Notes: generated from the letters alone by a model not told the origin. A DNA stretch of 64,000 nt from Chiloscyllium plagiosum (GCF_004010195.1 NC_057718.1:21915066-21979065), one strand, 5' to 3'. Shown: positions 35,753 to 48,196, counted from the first letter of the stretch. Numbers and translations are program-made.

Positions 35753-37321
35753 GTGATACAAACTGGACCATTTTCATAACAAGACAAGGAGCTGCAGAAG
35801 AATGCATGTCAGGTCAATCAACATCTCAAGGAGAAATAGAGGCTTTCTTTCATGTTGTCATAACATGGATTCCCTGCAGTCCTTAATTTTTTTCATCTTT
35901 CAGTCTATCAAATATTCAATTATGACAGAGAAGGTTAATAACTGTCAAAAATAGACCTGATGAACTTTGAAGAAATAATAATACATTGAAAAGGAAAGTG
36001 CACTAGACATTTGTGTATGCGTATTTTCAAAAGGTCTTTGACAAGACAGTGCATAAGAGGCTTATGGATAACACGAAGAGGGCATATCAGCGATGAGCAG
36101 CTTGTGTTATGACGCGAGATTGGAAAAAAAGAGTATTTTTATAATTCACAGTTAAGAGGGACAAAAACAGAGACTGCTAGAAATATTTAGTCAGCATGTC
36201 GGGCAGTTTCTGTGCAGGGTTACTTGAGTTCTCATTGAAGTTCATCAACTTAAAATGTTAACTCTATACTTTTGTACCTTTACACTTGTGGCCTGTCATG
36301 TTGAGTATTGCCAAAATTTTCTATTTTAATTTCAGGTGCCTTGCTCCCACATTAAAGGTTATGGGGAATTCTGACAATGAACACCTTGTGTAGAAACAAT
36401 GAATGGATAGAATTTTCTTTGTAGTCACAATACCCAAGTTTCTTAGACACCTACCCTGAAATATAACTCACAAGACACCAGAGTACACAGGAAGACCTTC
36501 TGATGGATGATAAATCTGTGATTAACTGAAAAATTCTGAGGCTACTGGACAATGTTGAGCTCTTCAGCTCTCCATCATTTGCTCTCCTCTAGCATCATTC
36601 AGGCCAGAACTTCAACAGGCAAGACTGGATGAAATGACATGCTGCTCTCAGTTTTCCTTAAACTATCACAGAACAAATAGAAAAGGCACCAATGCTCTCC
36701 AGATTCTACATTGTCAGATTAGCAACCCAGATCTGCTGCTCTGTAGCTGAGAATGACTGCTATAGCATTCAACTGTGAAAGTAAGTGGAATTACATGTAT
36801 ACTTCAAAAGAAATAATGTTATGGCAAGGGGACGAAAACAGAGCTCTTTCAAAAGAGTTGTCCGAGCCACAATGATTCAAAAGGCCTCCCTCTAGTGGTG
36901 TGAGAGACCATGGTTAACTTTTGGGATGGTTTTGGGGTCAGCTTTCTGTGGTTTGAGATGGATATTCTGGTTGAAAGTAGGGATACGGATGGGTTCGACT
37001 GATTGTTTTGCTGGAGAGAAGGCTACTTTTTTTAAAATGAAACAGGCAAGGCTGGCAGCTTTGTCTTGTTCCTGCATGAAAAATACTTAAAAAGAAGATC
37101 CCACTGCAATTTGTTCTCAGCATCTGATAGACATGAACTATACCTTTTCTTTTCAAGCAGACATCAAGATCAGAGCAACAAAATGAGGATCCAGTTTTCA
37201 ACATTAAAGATCTCAAGTTGTGAACTTCAAACTGTGACTTTTGCATAATATTCATTTTAAATTGATACTGTTCATTTAGATAGAAAGATCTTTAACTGGT
37301 TTAAGAGAATGAGGCACTCAC

Positions 37322-37465
37322 CTGACGTTTCTGCCACACAGTTCTGTGCTGCTGGAGTTTATTATTCAAGAGATCCATAGCTTTACGTCGAACTGAAGGT
37401 AACCGATTGCTTATCAGCCCACGTATCACTGGGATGAAGGTTTCTGTCGGTAACAAGGCATTCAC
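37322..37465 (-). CDS. HEATR1: HEATR1 exon
   Basis: VNALLPTETFIPVIRGLISNRLPSVRRKAMDLLNNKLQQHRTVWQKRQ; cag/gtgag. Confidence 0.96.
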
Positions 37466-37594
37466 CTGTATGAAGGAGATAAAGAAGAATTTAGACAGAT
37501 TACTTCATAACAGCATCCACATCCAACTTTTATCTGCCAGCCAACAGTAAATGCAACAGAATTGAAATATAAATCAGGTAGAACTAGATAATCT

Positions 37595-37815
37595 ATTGTA
37601 ATGATGTTGGTTGAGGGATGATCGTTGGCTCTTTCTCAAATTGTGCCAGGCAATGTGTAAGTCAACGAGAAATGAGAACAGACGTTAAGATAATACTTTA
37701 TCTTAATTATGGCACTCCATCATTGTAACTTTCCTTCACTGTTACATTCCAGTGTCAGCTTGGATTGTGTGCCCGAGTCATGGAGTAGGACAGAAATGGA
37801 ACCAAAGCTGACACC
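37595..37815 (-). mobile_element. Ancient DeuSINE-like remnant
   Basis: Reverse similarity to 52870-53270. Confidence 0.45.
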
Positions 37816-37948
37816 AAAATGAATAATCTTTATCCTTAGAATCTTTTATTGATGTTACATGTAAACGTCTGCTTTTCAGTTTGCTGGAATAGCAAATTCA
37901 AACTGAAAAGTACGTCAGCGACTGGGACCAGCTAAGTTGAGAACCTAC

Positions 37949-38072
37949 TTTATCTAAGACATCATATGACCGGTTGAGTAGAGATCTCCAAAATTTGGCT
38001 GTCGGCTTCTCTGCATTCTCCTCCACACTGTGAGCAACAACGTTAATGTAGCACAGAATTTCCTCCAACAAA
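37949..38072 (-). CDS. HEATR1: HEATR1 exon
   Basis: (S)LLEEILCYINVVAHSVEENAEKPTAKFWRSLLNRSYDVLDK; tag/gtagg. Confidence 0.94.
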
Positions 38073-38817
38073 CTAAGAAAACAAAGCAAGATCAATTCAC
38101 TAAAGAACACTCAGAAAAAAATAATACAGGATTAAATGCAACACAATAACTAACAGTTTACAAAAATAAAATGAATATCACAGTTCATGTCGAACCATAG
38201 TTTAGTGGTTTATGCATTTGCTTCAAATATCATACAAAGTAATAGGACAATGTGCTTCTGGGTAAACACAAGGAGATTCTCTCCTCACAATAATATCGCA
38301 GCATTAGCAATTTCCAATCTGTACTTTCAACCATCCTTTTTTCTTTTTATTCAGATTAATAAGAGGATAATCTGAATTACGATAAATTCAAACACTCAAG
38401 TAGTTCCATCACCCTAACACTAAGAGCACTACTCAGCAATTAGACTGCAGTGTTGAAGAAGCTAGCCCATTACCAGTTGGGTGTGAAATGCAGCCTCACC
38501 AGCTTTATTCATATCAGAGGGCAAATAAAAGTAACTAAGATTTACAATTATTCAGGTTCTTTTCTTGAATATATGATCATTTTATGTGGCTATTTTACTC
38601 AGTTTTATATTCGTTTCTGTGGAGATGACAGTTGGCTGTAAGCTTATGGCTGTTTCTTGTTGTTGCACACAGAGTCTGTATTATTAGATTAATGATTGCC
38701 CATCAGAACTGAACTTGGTGAGAAATTAACTTCAGCTGAACAGCATAAACACCATAGGCTCTGTTAGGTTTTGGATTTCCTTTTGACTTAATGTTAACAT
38801 GCAGGATCAATTGCAGT

Positions 38818-39900
38818 TATGCAAATGCAATGTTAGCGTTCATTTCAAGAGGTACAAGAAGACAAGAGCAGAGATGTACTGCTGAGGCTGTATAAGATTC
38901 TGGTATCATACAGCATTTGGAATACTGAGAGCAGTTTTGGGCCCCATGTCTAAGGAAGGATGTGCTAGCTTTGGAAGGTATCCAGAGGAGGCTCACAAAA
39001 ATGATCCCAGGAATGAAGGGTTTGTCATATAAGGAGCGGTTAAGGACTCTGGGTCTGTACTCAATGGAGTTTAGAAGCATGAGGGGTGATAGAACATAGA
39101 AGAATACAACGCAGTACAGGCCCTTTGGCCATCAATGTTGCGCCGATCCAAGCCCACCTAACCTACACGAGCCCACTATCCTCCATATGCCTATCCAATG
39201 CCCGCTTAAATGCCCATAAAGCGGGAGTGTCCACCACTGCTACTCTCAGCCTTTCCTCATACGATCTTTCTACCATACCAGGCAACATTCTGGTAAACCT
39301 CCTCTGCACCCGTTCCAGTGCCTCCACATCCTTCCTATAGTATGGCGACCAAAACTGCACACAATATTCCAGATGCGGCCGCACCAGAGTCTTATACAAC
39401 TGCAACATGATCTCAGGACTCCGGAACTCAATTCCTCTACCAATAAAAGCCAGTACGCCATATGCCTTCTTCACCGCACTATTTACCTGGGTGGCAACTT
39501 TCAAAGATCTGTGTACATGGACACCAAGATCCCTCTGCTCATCCACACTACCAAGTATCCGACCATTAGCCCAGTACCCCATCTTTTTGTTATCTCATTG
39601 AAACTTACAGAATTCAGAGAGGTCTGGATAGAGTGGATGTGCAGATGGTGTTTCCACTAGTAGGACAGATTAGGACCTGAAGGCACTGCCTCAGGATGAA
39701 GGGATGATGTTTTAGAACAGTGATGAGGAGGAATTTCTTCAGCCAAAGGGTGGTTAATCTATGGAGCTCATTGCCACAGAAGGCTGTGGAGGCTAAGGTC
39801 ATTGAGTGTATTTAAGCTCAAGATAGATAGGGTCTTGATTATTAAGGAGATCATAGGTTACTGGGAGGAGGTGGGAGAATGGGATTGAGAAACATATGAT
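38818..39900 (+). mobile_element. CR1 LINE 3' fragment split by a nested opposite-strand CR1
   Basis: Host reads ...agcatgaggggtgat|ctcattgaaacttacag... across the insert. Confidence 0.88.
39089..39590 (-). mobile_element. Younger CR1 3' fragment nested in the above
   Basis: QRDLGVHVHRSLK..LYKTLVRPHLEYCVQFWSPYYRKD; tail atagaacatagaa. Confidence 0.92.
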
Positions 39901-41014
39901 CTACTATTTTCCACACAGAAAATTGGAAATGAGTTCCATGAAGCAATACAATTTTTGAAGGGTGATATCCTCCTTGTAGCATTCCTGCTTCTGACCAAGA
40001 AGCTCTAAGTTGTATTCAGAAAACTGATGGACAAGGCACGTACGTTCATAACAAGTTAGACGGTAAGAGTGAGAAAGATACATAGCTCCAGACTACAACA
40101 TGCACGTAAAAGTTACTATCTGCAACTGGATTTCTTGGAGGAGTCAATTGGTGGGATGGCTGATATGGATCAGATTGATGCCAACAACATCAGGTTTGAT
40201 CCTCTTGTGTAGATGGGGATTTGGGACCTGCCTTGTTGAATCTTGAGGCAGGTCAATATGGGACATGCTTCCCTTCAGGCAGGGAACTTAAGAACATTCT
40301 CCTATTGCTGCAGTACACTGAGTTTAATATGTTACCTTGCTTCAAGTTTTCTACAAACATCTATGTCTGTTGGGATGGCTTAATAACTTGAGTCCTGCTT
40401 TGTATTCTGCATATGTGTAGACACTATCATTGATGGACCTACTGGCAAATTATTCAATGGGAACGTTGGAGAGACAGCCCCTCACTTCATGATGTCAGAT
40501 GTAACAAAAAAAAAGAGGAATATCTATTTCTCTGATCAGCCAATTAACATGATCTATTGAGAGAAACACTCAGGTCATTTATTATTAAACCAGCACTGAC
40601 TAAGTTGCAAAATTAGGACCAACAAAAAGCAAACTGTAGTCAGACTGCTTACCCAGGTAGGACTACATGGTTCATTATTTTCCTTATTCATGAGGATCTG
40701 AAGCTAAGCAGTCAGATGATCATATTTACTTATAAAATAACATTTCAAAAATTTGTATCACTGAGGTATTTGAGCAGTACCAGGGAGGAGACCCAAGAAA
40801 TACATGATAACCAGTTCAGATTACAAGCGAGTACTTCTGTCCCGACACTTATTGACACTGATGAATGACTAGATATTGGACAATACAGCAGGATTCTGAA
40901 TGTCAGACATAGAGACTGTCAATAGGAGGGACAGCAGAGCTGAACCCCAGTCAACACCTAAACCAGACAAAAAATTTATAACAATCATATACAACACAAC
41001 AGATGAATGGTTAC

Positions 41015-41067
41015 CTTTGTTCAAGCTTCTGCAAAACTTCTTCTTCAGAATTATCACAGTCTGCAAC
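41015..41067 (-). CDS. HEATR1: HEATR1 short exon
   Basis: VADCDNSEEEVLQKLEQ(S); tag/gtaac; phase 0-2 fits both neighbours. Confidence 0.88.
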
Positions 41068-41398
41068 CTAATATAAAAACAAGAAACTCAGTGAGCACAC
41101 TTAATATTTAACAGGAGCTATTTTATAAAACCATCTTTCAGCACGATGTAAAGAATTCTCAACACTGATTTTCTTGGCCCATACATCTGTGTTAACGTTT
41201 ATATTCCACATGTGCCTCCTTCAGTTTAATCACCTCTTCACACAGCACTCCAAGTTTATCTATTACATTCTCTCTCATCAAGCTAACAAGGCCTCCTTTT
41301 AATACCCATTAAAATGACTGTAATTAGCAAATTCAAATGGAAGAAACATGGTTTGATTTAATCTGACAACACAAAGGATAAACCATTATTAAATCATT

Positions 41399-42022
41399 AC
41401 AGGGCATAGGTTTAAGGTGAGAGGGGAAAGATTTAACAGGGACCTAAGGGGTGACTTTTTCATGCAGAGGGTGGTGCATGTTTGGAATGAGCTGCCAGAG
41501 GAAGTGGCAGAGGCTGGTACAAGTACAACGTTTAATAGGTAATTGGATGGATATATGAATTAGAAGGATTTAGAGGGATATGGGCCAAATGCTGGCAAAT
41601 GGGACTAGATTAATTTAGGATATTAGATTAGATTTGATTACTTACAGTGTGGAAACAGGCCCTTCAGCTCAACAAGTCCACACTGACCCGCCGAAGCTCA
41701 CCCACCCAGACCCATTCCCCTACATTTTCCCTAACACTACGGGCTATTTTAGCATGGCCAATTCACCTAACCTGCACATTTTTGGACTGTGGGAGGAAAC
41801 CGGAGCACCTGGAGGAAACCCACGCAGACACAGGGAGAATGTGCAAACTCCACACAGTCAGTCGCCTGAGGCGGGAATTGAACCTGGGTCTCTGGCGCTG
41901 TGAGGCAGCAGTGCAAACCACTGTACCACCGTGCCGCCCACCTATGAGATGCTGGTATCTGGTCAACACGGACGAATTGGACCAAAGGGTCTGTTTCTGT
42001 GCTGTCCATCTCTATGACTCTA
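41399..42022 (+). mobile_element. CR1 LINE 3' end interrupted by a SINE
   Basis: agggcataggtttaaggtgagagggg...ggactagattaatttaggata resumes at tatctggtcaacacggacg...ctctatgactcta. Confidence 0.88.
41622..41940 (-). mobile_element. tRNA-derived SINE (HE1-like), young, full length
   Basis: Near-identical to the reverse of 19249-19546, with complete head and (ttaga) tail. Confidence 0.92.
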
Positions 42023-42123
42023 TTATCATAAGAATGCAAGTAACAGACCAATAAAGAAGAGTGATAATGAACAAAAAAAAATTTTAAATAGATCACACTG
42101 GCAGCACTTTTCGTTCAGGATTA

Positions 42124-42595
42124 CAGGTTGTACCTCCTTTATCCAGCACATATTAGTCTGGAACCACATTTTTCCTGGTTTAAGACACCTTCTATGTCTC
42201 ATTCTTTATAGGGTGATTTTGAAATTCGTAGTAAAAAGTTAGAACTCAGTAACAAGTAGTTTATTGCTAGTTAGAGGAAATAGTTGTTAATTACTGACAA
42301 GATTTACTGCTAGTTACAGACTGGGTTTACTCGCTAGTATCCTGGTGCGATCTTCTTCCCCACTGACACTCTTAGAACTCCACTATGAGGTGCTGGTATT
42401 CTGAAACCCTTCCTTAAAGTTGTCTTTCTTCAATACCAATACCTCATCCTCTTTGGAAATGCCAGAAGCGAAGGGACTGCACAGGTCAAGATTATGGGGA
42501 TTATATTGGACACATGACCTTCCAATGGCCCGGCAACACTCCCCTCCTGGCAAAGTCTAGATCCCGAGGCTGCTGGATAATAGAGGTGCAACCTA
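42124..42595. mobile_element. Tigger-like MITE, older
   Basis: TA|caggttgtacctcctttatccagca...tgctggataatagaggtgcaaccta; 25-bp imperfect TIR related to the other two MITEs. Confidence 0.7.
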
Positions 42596-43794
42596 TCGTA
42601 AATTAATGCATTCCAGTGATCTATGGGATCACTGAAACAACAAGAAATGCTAGAAATACTCAGGCTGTCAATGTAACATTAACTCTATTTTCCTCTTCAC
42701 AAGTTGATTACCATTCATTTAAACATTTATTTGATTTGAGCCAACACTTTAAAAAATATATATTTCTTCCACAGCCAAAGCCCTCTGACAATGTTTCTAT
42801 GCTTGACAGATAATATGCTTGTCTAAAGATTTTTTAAAATCATCATAATCTCTAAATAAGTTATCGGGACCTCTATGAGTGACATTTTAAATTATTTTTA
42901 ATCATTACACACATGAAGCAATTTCAGATTCTTCTCATTAGAAATTACATTTGTTGCTAACTAGACATTTGAAACTCCCAAATAAATTGTTCAGTCAGGA
43001 ATTAGCTTGAAAATATACTGCAGTAAGTAATGCAAAAAACAAAATTGCTCTTATTTAAGTTAAGTAGATGGTGGACTGACACATTGTAGTAGAACTCGGA
43101 ATGGGCAATATGGGATTACATAGGAAACATGGCACAGAAACAAGCCACTGGTCCACATCAAGGACTATTCTGGTCCTGTTGAAGAAAAAAGTTATGCTGT
43201 TGAAGGTTTTCTTCAGGGTAGGTGGAATAATAGCAAATTTGAAAGGGAGCAATAACTTATACTGCATGAGAAAGAACAATGTGACATTGAGAGACCCACT
43301 GACAACCTTAGCGTTTCATAGTAATTCATGCCATATCTGGTATCATTCAGTTGTGTATTCTGCAAACTAATGAATGGGCTTAAGTCCACTTTTGGATTTC
43401 AACATTGCCCACGATCACTCAAATCACCCTGGAAGGGAAAGTATCTCAAAAATTTGAGCAACGGTCAGAGCTAGCCATGTCATGCTGTGGCAACGTGAAT
43501 GGTATTTTCCATTACTAGGATGCTGCCATCAAAACAAAAAGATGTTTCCCCCTAACACACAACTGAGTAATGAGGTAAATGAAGTTCAGGGCCACTGCAA
43601 AAGAATTGACTTGCCAACCAACCAGCACCATTTTCTCATGTAATAATTATGGTTGCTCCCTTTTATTGCTCCCTTTCTTACACCTGTCTTGATGAGTACC
43701 AGATGAAAATCTTTGACAGCATCTCTCTTTTTCTCAGTAACATTCAAGTTTTGTGCTATCCACCAACTGTTTATGTTTCTGTCTTTTCTCATCT

Positions 43795-44200
43795 CAATCC
43801 ACCAATGTAACCCTGCCTCCCTTTCTAGTTCATATGTTTGTCTAGCTTCCCTTTAAATATACCTATACTATTCGCTTCAAACCACTGGCTATAACAACAA
43901 GTTTCACATCCTCACCTCTTTTTAGACCATGTGGTTTCTTCTGAATTCCACAATTAATTTCTTGGTGATTTTTATGATGACTACTAGCTATCCTCTTATT
44001 CACAAGTGGAAAGATTCTCTCTGAACCAATTTTTCAAAACCTTTCATAATTCTAAAGATCTGTATTAGGTCACCCCTGGGTGTTTTTCAACAGAAAATAG
44101 GCCCAATTGTCAACTTGTTCCTGATATGTATACCCATGCATTTCATATCAAGTAAATTTTCACTGCACTTTCTCCAGTGCTCCTATATCCTTTTTAATAA
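43795..44200 (-). mobile_element. Old CR1 3' fragment
   Basis: KKDIGALEKVQ and reverse CR1 3' sequence. Confidence 0.65.
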
Positions 44201-44317
44201 CTGACTTATTTTTTTGGCAATTGTTGTAAAAAGAAATACAGGCATTAAGAGTAACAGACTTTGTTATGGACCAGAAGTATTTGCGATATTTATTTGAATC
44301 TACAGTATTTGGTGGAT

Positions 44318-44532
44318 AAGGGAAAAACAATGACTGCAGATGCTGGAAACCAGATTCTGGATCAGTGGTGCTGGAAGAGCACAGCAGTTCAGGCAGCATC
44401 CGACGAGCAGCAAAATCGACGTTTCGGGCAAAAGCCCTTCATCCTGATGAAGGGCTTTTGCCCGAAACGTCGATTTTGCTGCTCGTCGGATGCTGCCTGA
44501 ATTGCTGTGCTCTTCCAGCACCACTGATCCAG
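44318..44532. mobile_element. Young palindromic PLE-terminus element with 15-bp TSD
   Basis: 87-bp arms 44357-44443 and 44446-44532 with 1 mismatch; cagtatttggtggat at 44303-44317 and 44530-44544. Confidence 0.93.
44441..44474 (+). ncRNA. Minimal type-I hammerhead ribozyme motif
   Basis: ATC-CTGATGA-A-GGGC-tttt-GCCC-GAAAC-GTC-GAT: stem I ATC/GAT, conserved core, stem II, loopless palindromic stem III (ACGT); predicted cut after C44471. Confidence 0.7.
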
Positions 44533-44722
44533 TATTTGGTGGATGTCCACTGTATAATATGTCAATGGATAACACTGTTCCATTCCACTGGAAAAATAAG
44601 AAATGATCAGATGTCTAATACTAGAGGAGGAAAGCTTCTTCAGTATCAAGTACCAAAATATTCAATGATGCATAAACCTTTGGGTACAAATAATTAAATG
44701 TATACAAACAAAGCAAAATTAC

Positions 44723-44895
44723 CTTTCCAACAAAGCTGTTGGAGGCAAGAATCTGAGCCATGAATGAGACAGAAAGAAATTTGAAATGCCGTAGCTGTTT
44801 GGCTGTGTGCGTGTCTATGTTGAACAGTGGTTCCTCTTCACTCTGGTTTCTTGCTTTGCTTCCCTTTGTCCTCATTTTTCTCTGTCCTTCAGCTT
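44723..44895 (-). CDS. HEATR1: HEATR1 exon
   Basis: (K)AEGQRKMRTKGSKARNQSEEEPLFNIDTHTAKQLRHFKFLSVSFMAQILASNSFVGK; acceptor is tandem AAG/AAG (start 44895 or 44892), donor gtaat. Confidence 0.9.
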
Positions 44896-44984
44896 CTTTT
44901 AAAGGAAGTACATTCAAGAAATGAATTTGCAATAATAACAAATGGTATTACGTTATTAATGGTATGTGTTAACAAAGAATGAGT

Positions 44985-45852
44985 AGAGTCAAGATTAGAG
45001 TGGTGCTGGAAAAGCATAGCAGGTCAGGCAGCATTCGAGGAGCAGGAGAATCGACGTTGTGGGCAGGAGCCCTTCATCAGGAATGATGCAACGCATCATC
45101 CTCCACCATTTCAACCACCTACAAACAGACCCCACCACCACAGATATATTTCCCTTCCCTCTCCTATTTGTGTTCCACAGAGACCATTCCCTCCGCGACT
45201 CTCTTGTTAAGTCCACGTTCCCCACCAACACACCCTCCACTCCTAGCACCCTCCCTTGCCATCAGAAGAGGTGTAAAACCTGTGCCCACATCTCCATCCA
45301 AAGCCCCAAAGGATCCTTCCACATCCGATAGAGATTTTCCTGCACCTTCACTCCTGTCATCTACTGTGTCCATTGCTTCCGATGTGGTCTCCTCTACGCT
45401 GTGGAGACAGGACACCAACTTGCAGAACGTTTCAGAGAACATCTCTGGGACACGCACTAAACAACCCCACCACCCAGCTGCCGAACACTGCAACTCCCCC
45501 TCCCATTCTGCAAGTCCTGGGCCACCTCCACCGCCAAACGCTAGCCACCTGACGCCTAGAGGAAAAACACCTCATCTTCTGCCTTGGGACCCTCCAACCA
45601 CAAAGGATCAATGTCAACTTCACCAGTTTCCTCATCTCCCCTCCTCCTGCCTTATCCCAGATTCAATCCTCCAACTCGGCACCACCCCCTTGAACTGTCC
45701 TACCTGTCCATCTTCCTTCCCAATTATCTGCTGCACCCTCCTCTCTGACATACCACTATCACCCCCCACCTTCATCTACCTATTGCATTCCAGCTACCAT
45801 CCCCCCTTCCATTTATCTCTCAGCCCCTGTGGGCTCCCCCCACATTCCTGAT
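44985..45852 (+). mobile_element. PLE (Neptune-like) 3' fragment: Cys motif + GIY-YIG, with inverted terminal repeat at its 5' side
   Basis: HFNHLQTDPTT..RDHSLRDSLV..PCHQKRCKTC..FSCT..VIYCVHCFRCGLLYAVETG..LAERFREH; 44985-45084 matches the arm of the 44318 palindrome; ends attcctgat. Confidence 0.85.
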
Positions 45853-46033
45853 AATATTAACATGCAAAAGGAAACAAATTAAGCAGAGTCCCAAGGTTCT
45901 CCCGGAAGCTTTTAAAAACATTGTTGAACTATACAAAAACTGGAAACCTGAAAGGTTGATGAAAAAAAACTTGGGCAATAAAGATCACTGCACCAATCAT
46001 AGCCACATTAATTCCTCCACTTATGTCATTCTT

Positions 46034-47660
46034 TAGAGTCATAGAGATGTACAGCACGGAAACAGACCCTTCGGTCCAACTCATCCTTGCCGACCAGATA
46101 TCCCCACCCAATCTCGTCCCACCTGCCAGCACTTGGCCCATATCCCTCCAAACCGTTCCTATTCATATACCCAGCCTTTTAAATGCTTCAATTGTACCGG
46201 CCTCCACCACTTCCTCTGGCAGCCCATTCTACACACACGCCACCCTCTGCATGAAAACGTTGCCCTTAGGTCTCTTTTATACCTTTCCAGTCTCAATTTA
46301 AACCTATGCCCTCAAGTTCTGGACTCACCTACCCCAGGCAAAAGACCTTGTCTATTTATCCTATCCATGCCCCTCATGATTTTATAAACCTTTATAAGGT
46401 CACCTCTCAGCCTCCAACGCTCCAGGGAAAACAGCCCCAGCCTGTTTAGCCTCTCCCTCTAGCTCAAATTCTCCAACCCTGGCAACATCCTTGTAAATCT
46501 TTTCTGAACCCTTTCAAGTTTCACAACATCTTTCCAATAGGAAGGAGACCAGAATTGCACACAATGTTCCAACAGTGGCCTAACCAATGTCCTGTACAGC
46601 TGAAACATGACCTCCCAACTCCTGTACTCAATACGCTGACCAATAAAAGAAAGCATACCAAACGCCTTCTTCACTATCTTAATTACCTGTGACCCTACTT
46701 TCAAGGAGCTATGAACCTGCACTCCAAGGTTCCTTCCGCTAGAGGAGCTTACCATTAAGTGTATAAGTCCTGCTAAGATTTGCTTTCCCAAAATGCAGCA
46801 CCTCGCATTTATCTAAATTAAACTCCATCTGCCACTTCTCAGCCCATTGGCTCATCTGATCAAGATCCTGTTGTAATCTGAGGGAACCTTCTTCGCTGTC
46901 CACTGCACCTCCAATTTTGGTGTCATCTGCAAACTTACTCACTGTACCTCTTACGCTCACATCCAAATCATTTATATAAATGGTGAAATGTAGTGGACCC
47001 AGCACCAATCCTTGTGGCACTCCACTGGTCACAGGCCGACAGTCTGAAAAACAACCCTTCACCACCACCCTCTGTCTTCTACTTTGAGCCAGTTCTGTAT
47101 CAAATGGCTTGTTCTCCCTGTATTCCACGGGATCTCACCTTGCGAACCAATCTCCCATGGGGAACCTTGTCGAAAGCCTTACTGAAGTCCATAATAATCA
47201 CATCTACCACTCTGCCCTCATCAATCCTCTTGTTACTTCTTCAAAAAACTCAATCAAGTTTGTGAGACATGATTTCCCATGCACACAGCCATGTTGACTA
47301 TCCCTAATCAGTCCGTGCCTTCCCAAATTCATGTATACCCCGTTCCTCAGGATTCCCTCCAACAACTTGCCCACCACTGACATCAGACTTGCGGGTCTGT
47401 AGTTTCCTGGCTTGTTCTTACCAATTTTCTGAGATAGTAGCACCACATTAGCCAACCTCCAGTCTTCCGGCACCTCACCTGTGACTATCAATGACACCCA
47501 GCAATCGCTTCCCACAGAGTTCTAGGATACACCTGATCAGGTCCTGGGGATTTATCCACTTTTATGCATTTCAAAACATCCAGCAATTCCTCCTCTGCAA
47601 TATGGACATTTTTCAAGCTGTCACCATCTATTTCCCTACATTCTATATCCTTCATGTCCT
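46034..47660 (-). mobile_element. CR1 LINE RT/3' portion (about 1.6 kb), frameshifted
   Basis: GEVPEDWRLANV..NYRPASL..SQHG..GVPQGLVLGP..FADDTKIGG..LVRPLLEHCVQFWSP; tail tagagtcatagag. Confidence 0.94.
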
Positions 47661-48196
47661 TAAGTTTGAAAATATACTAAAAGTGCCAAATTAACTTTAC
47701 CCAAAATAAAATTATCTGCACTTCTTTTTTTAACCAGTGAAGCAATCTGACATATCAATTAAATCCAGCTTAAACTGACTGGGTGAACTTTGCTCAATAT
47801 CTTTTTGCTTGTCCACTATAATATCAGTGGAACAGCCATGGAAATAGCAGGAAAAATGCTATTTTGCAGGGTACCTGCAGAGTTTTTAATGAGGTTACAG
47901 CAGATAAATATGAGAATTCTCATGAATATTCACACCCAGGCTTCTGAGATAAGGTCTGAAGATTAATAAACAGGACGAATATAAATAGTGCTTTAAAATC
48001 AAATGAGTTCCCTCAGTGAACATTTTGTTTCGATAAGTAATTTAGTTATAATACTGAAATGTTTGGGGAGACAGAACAGCAGCAGTTTGAACGTTCAGGT
48101 CTGGGAAATACATTTATTCTTTCCTATTTAAATGCCCCTTTTTATTGATATGATACAAAAATCACCACATGAAGTAATGACATGAGGTGTACTCAC

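Noticed and set aside
44160..44697. Mirror-image ORFs on both strands (also 51973-52381)
   Set aside because: Artefact of the DNA palindromes; no coding evidence.
45168..45851. 227-aa Pro/Ser-rich ORF as a novel gene
   Set aside because: It is an alternative frame of a C-rich PLE fragment; the meaningful motifs are in other, broken frames.
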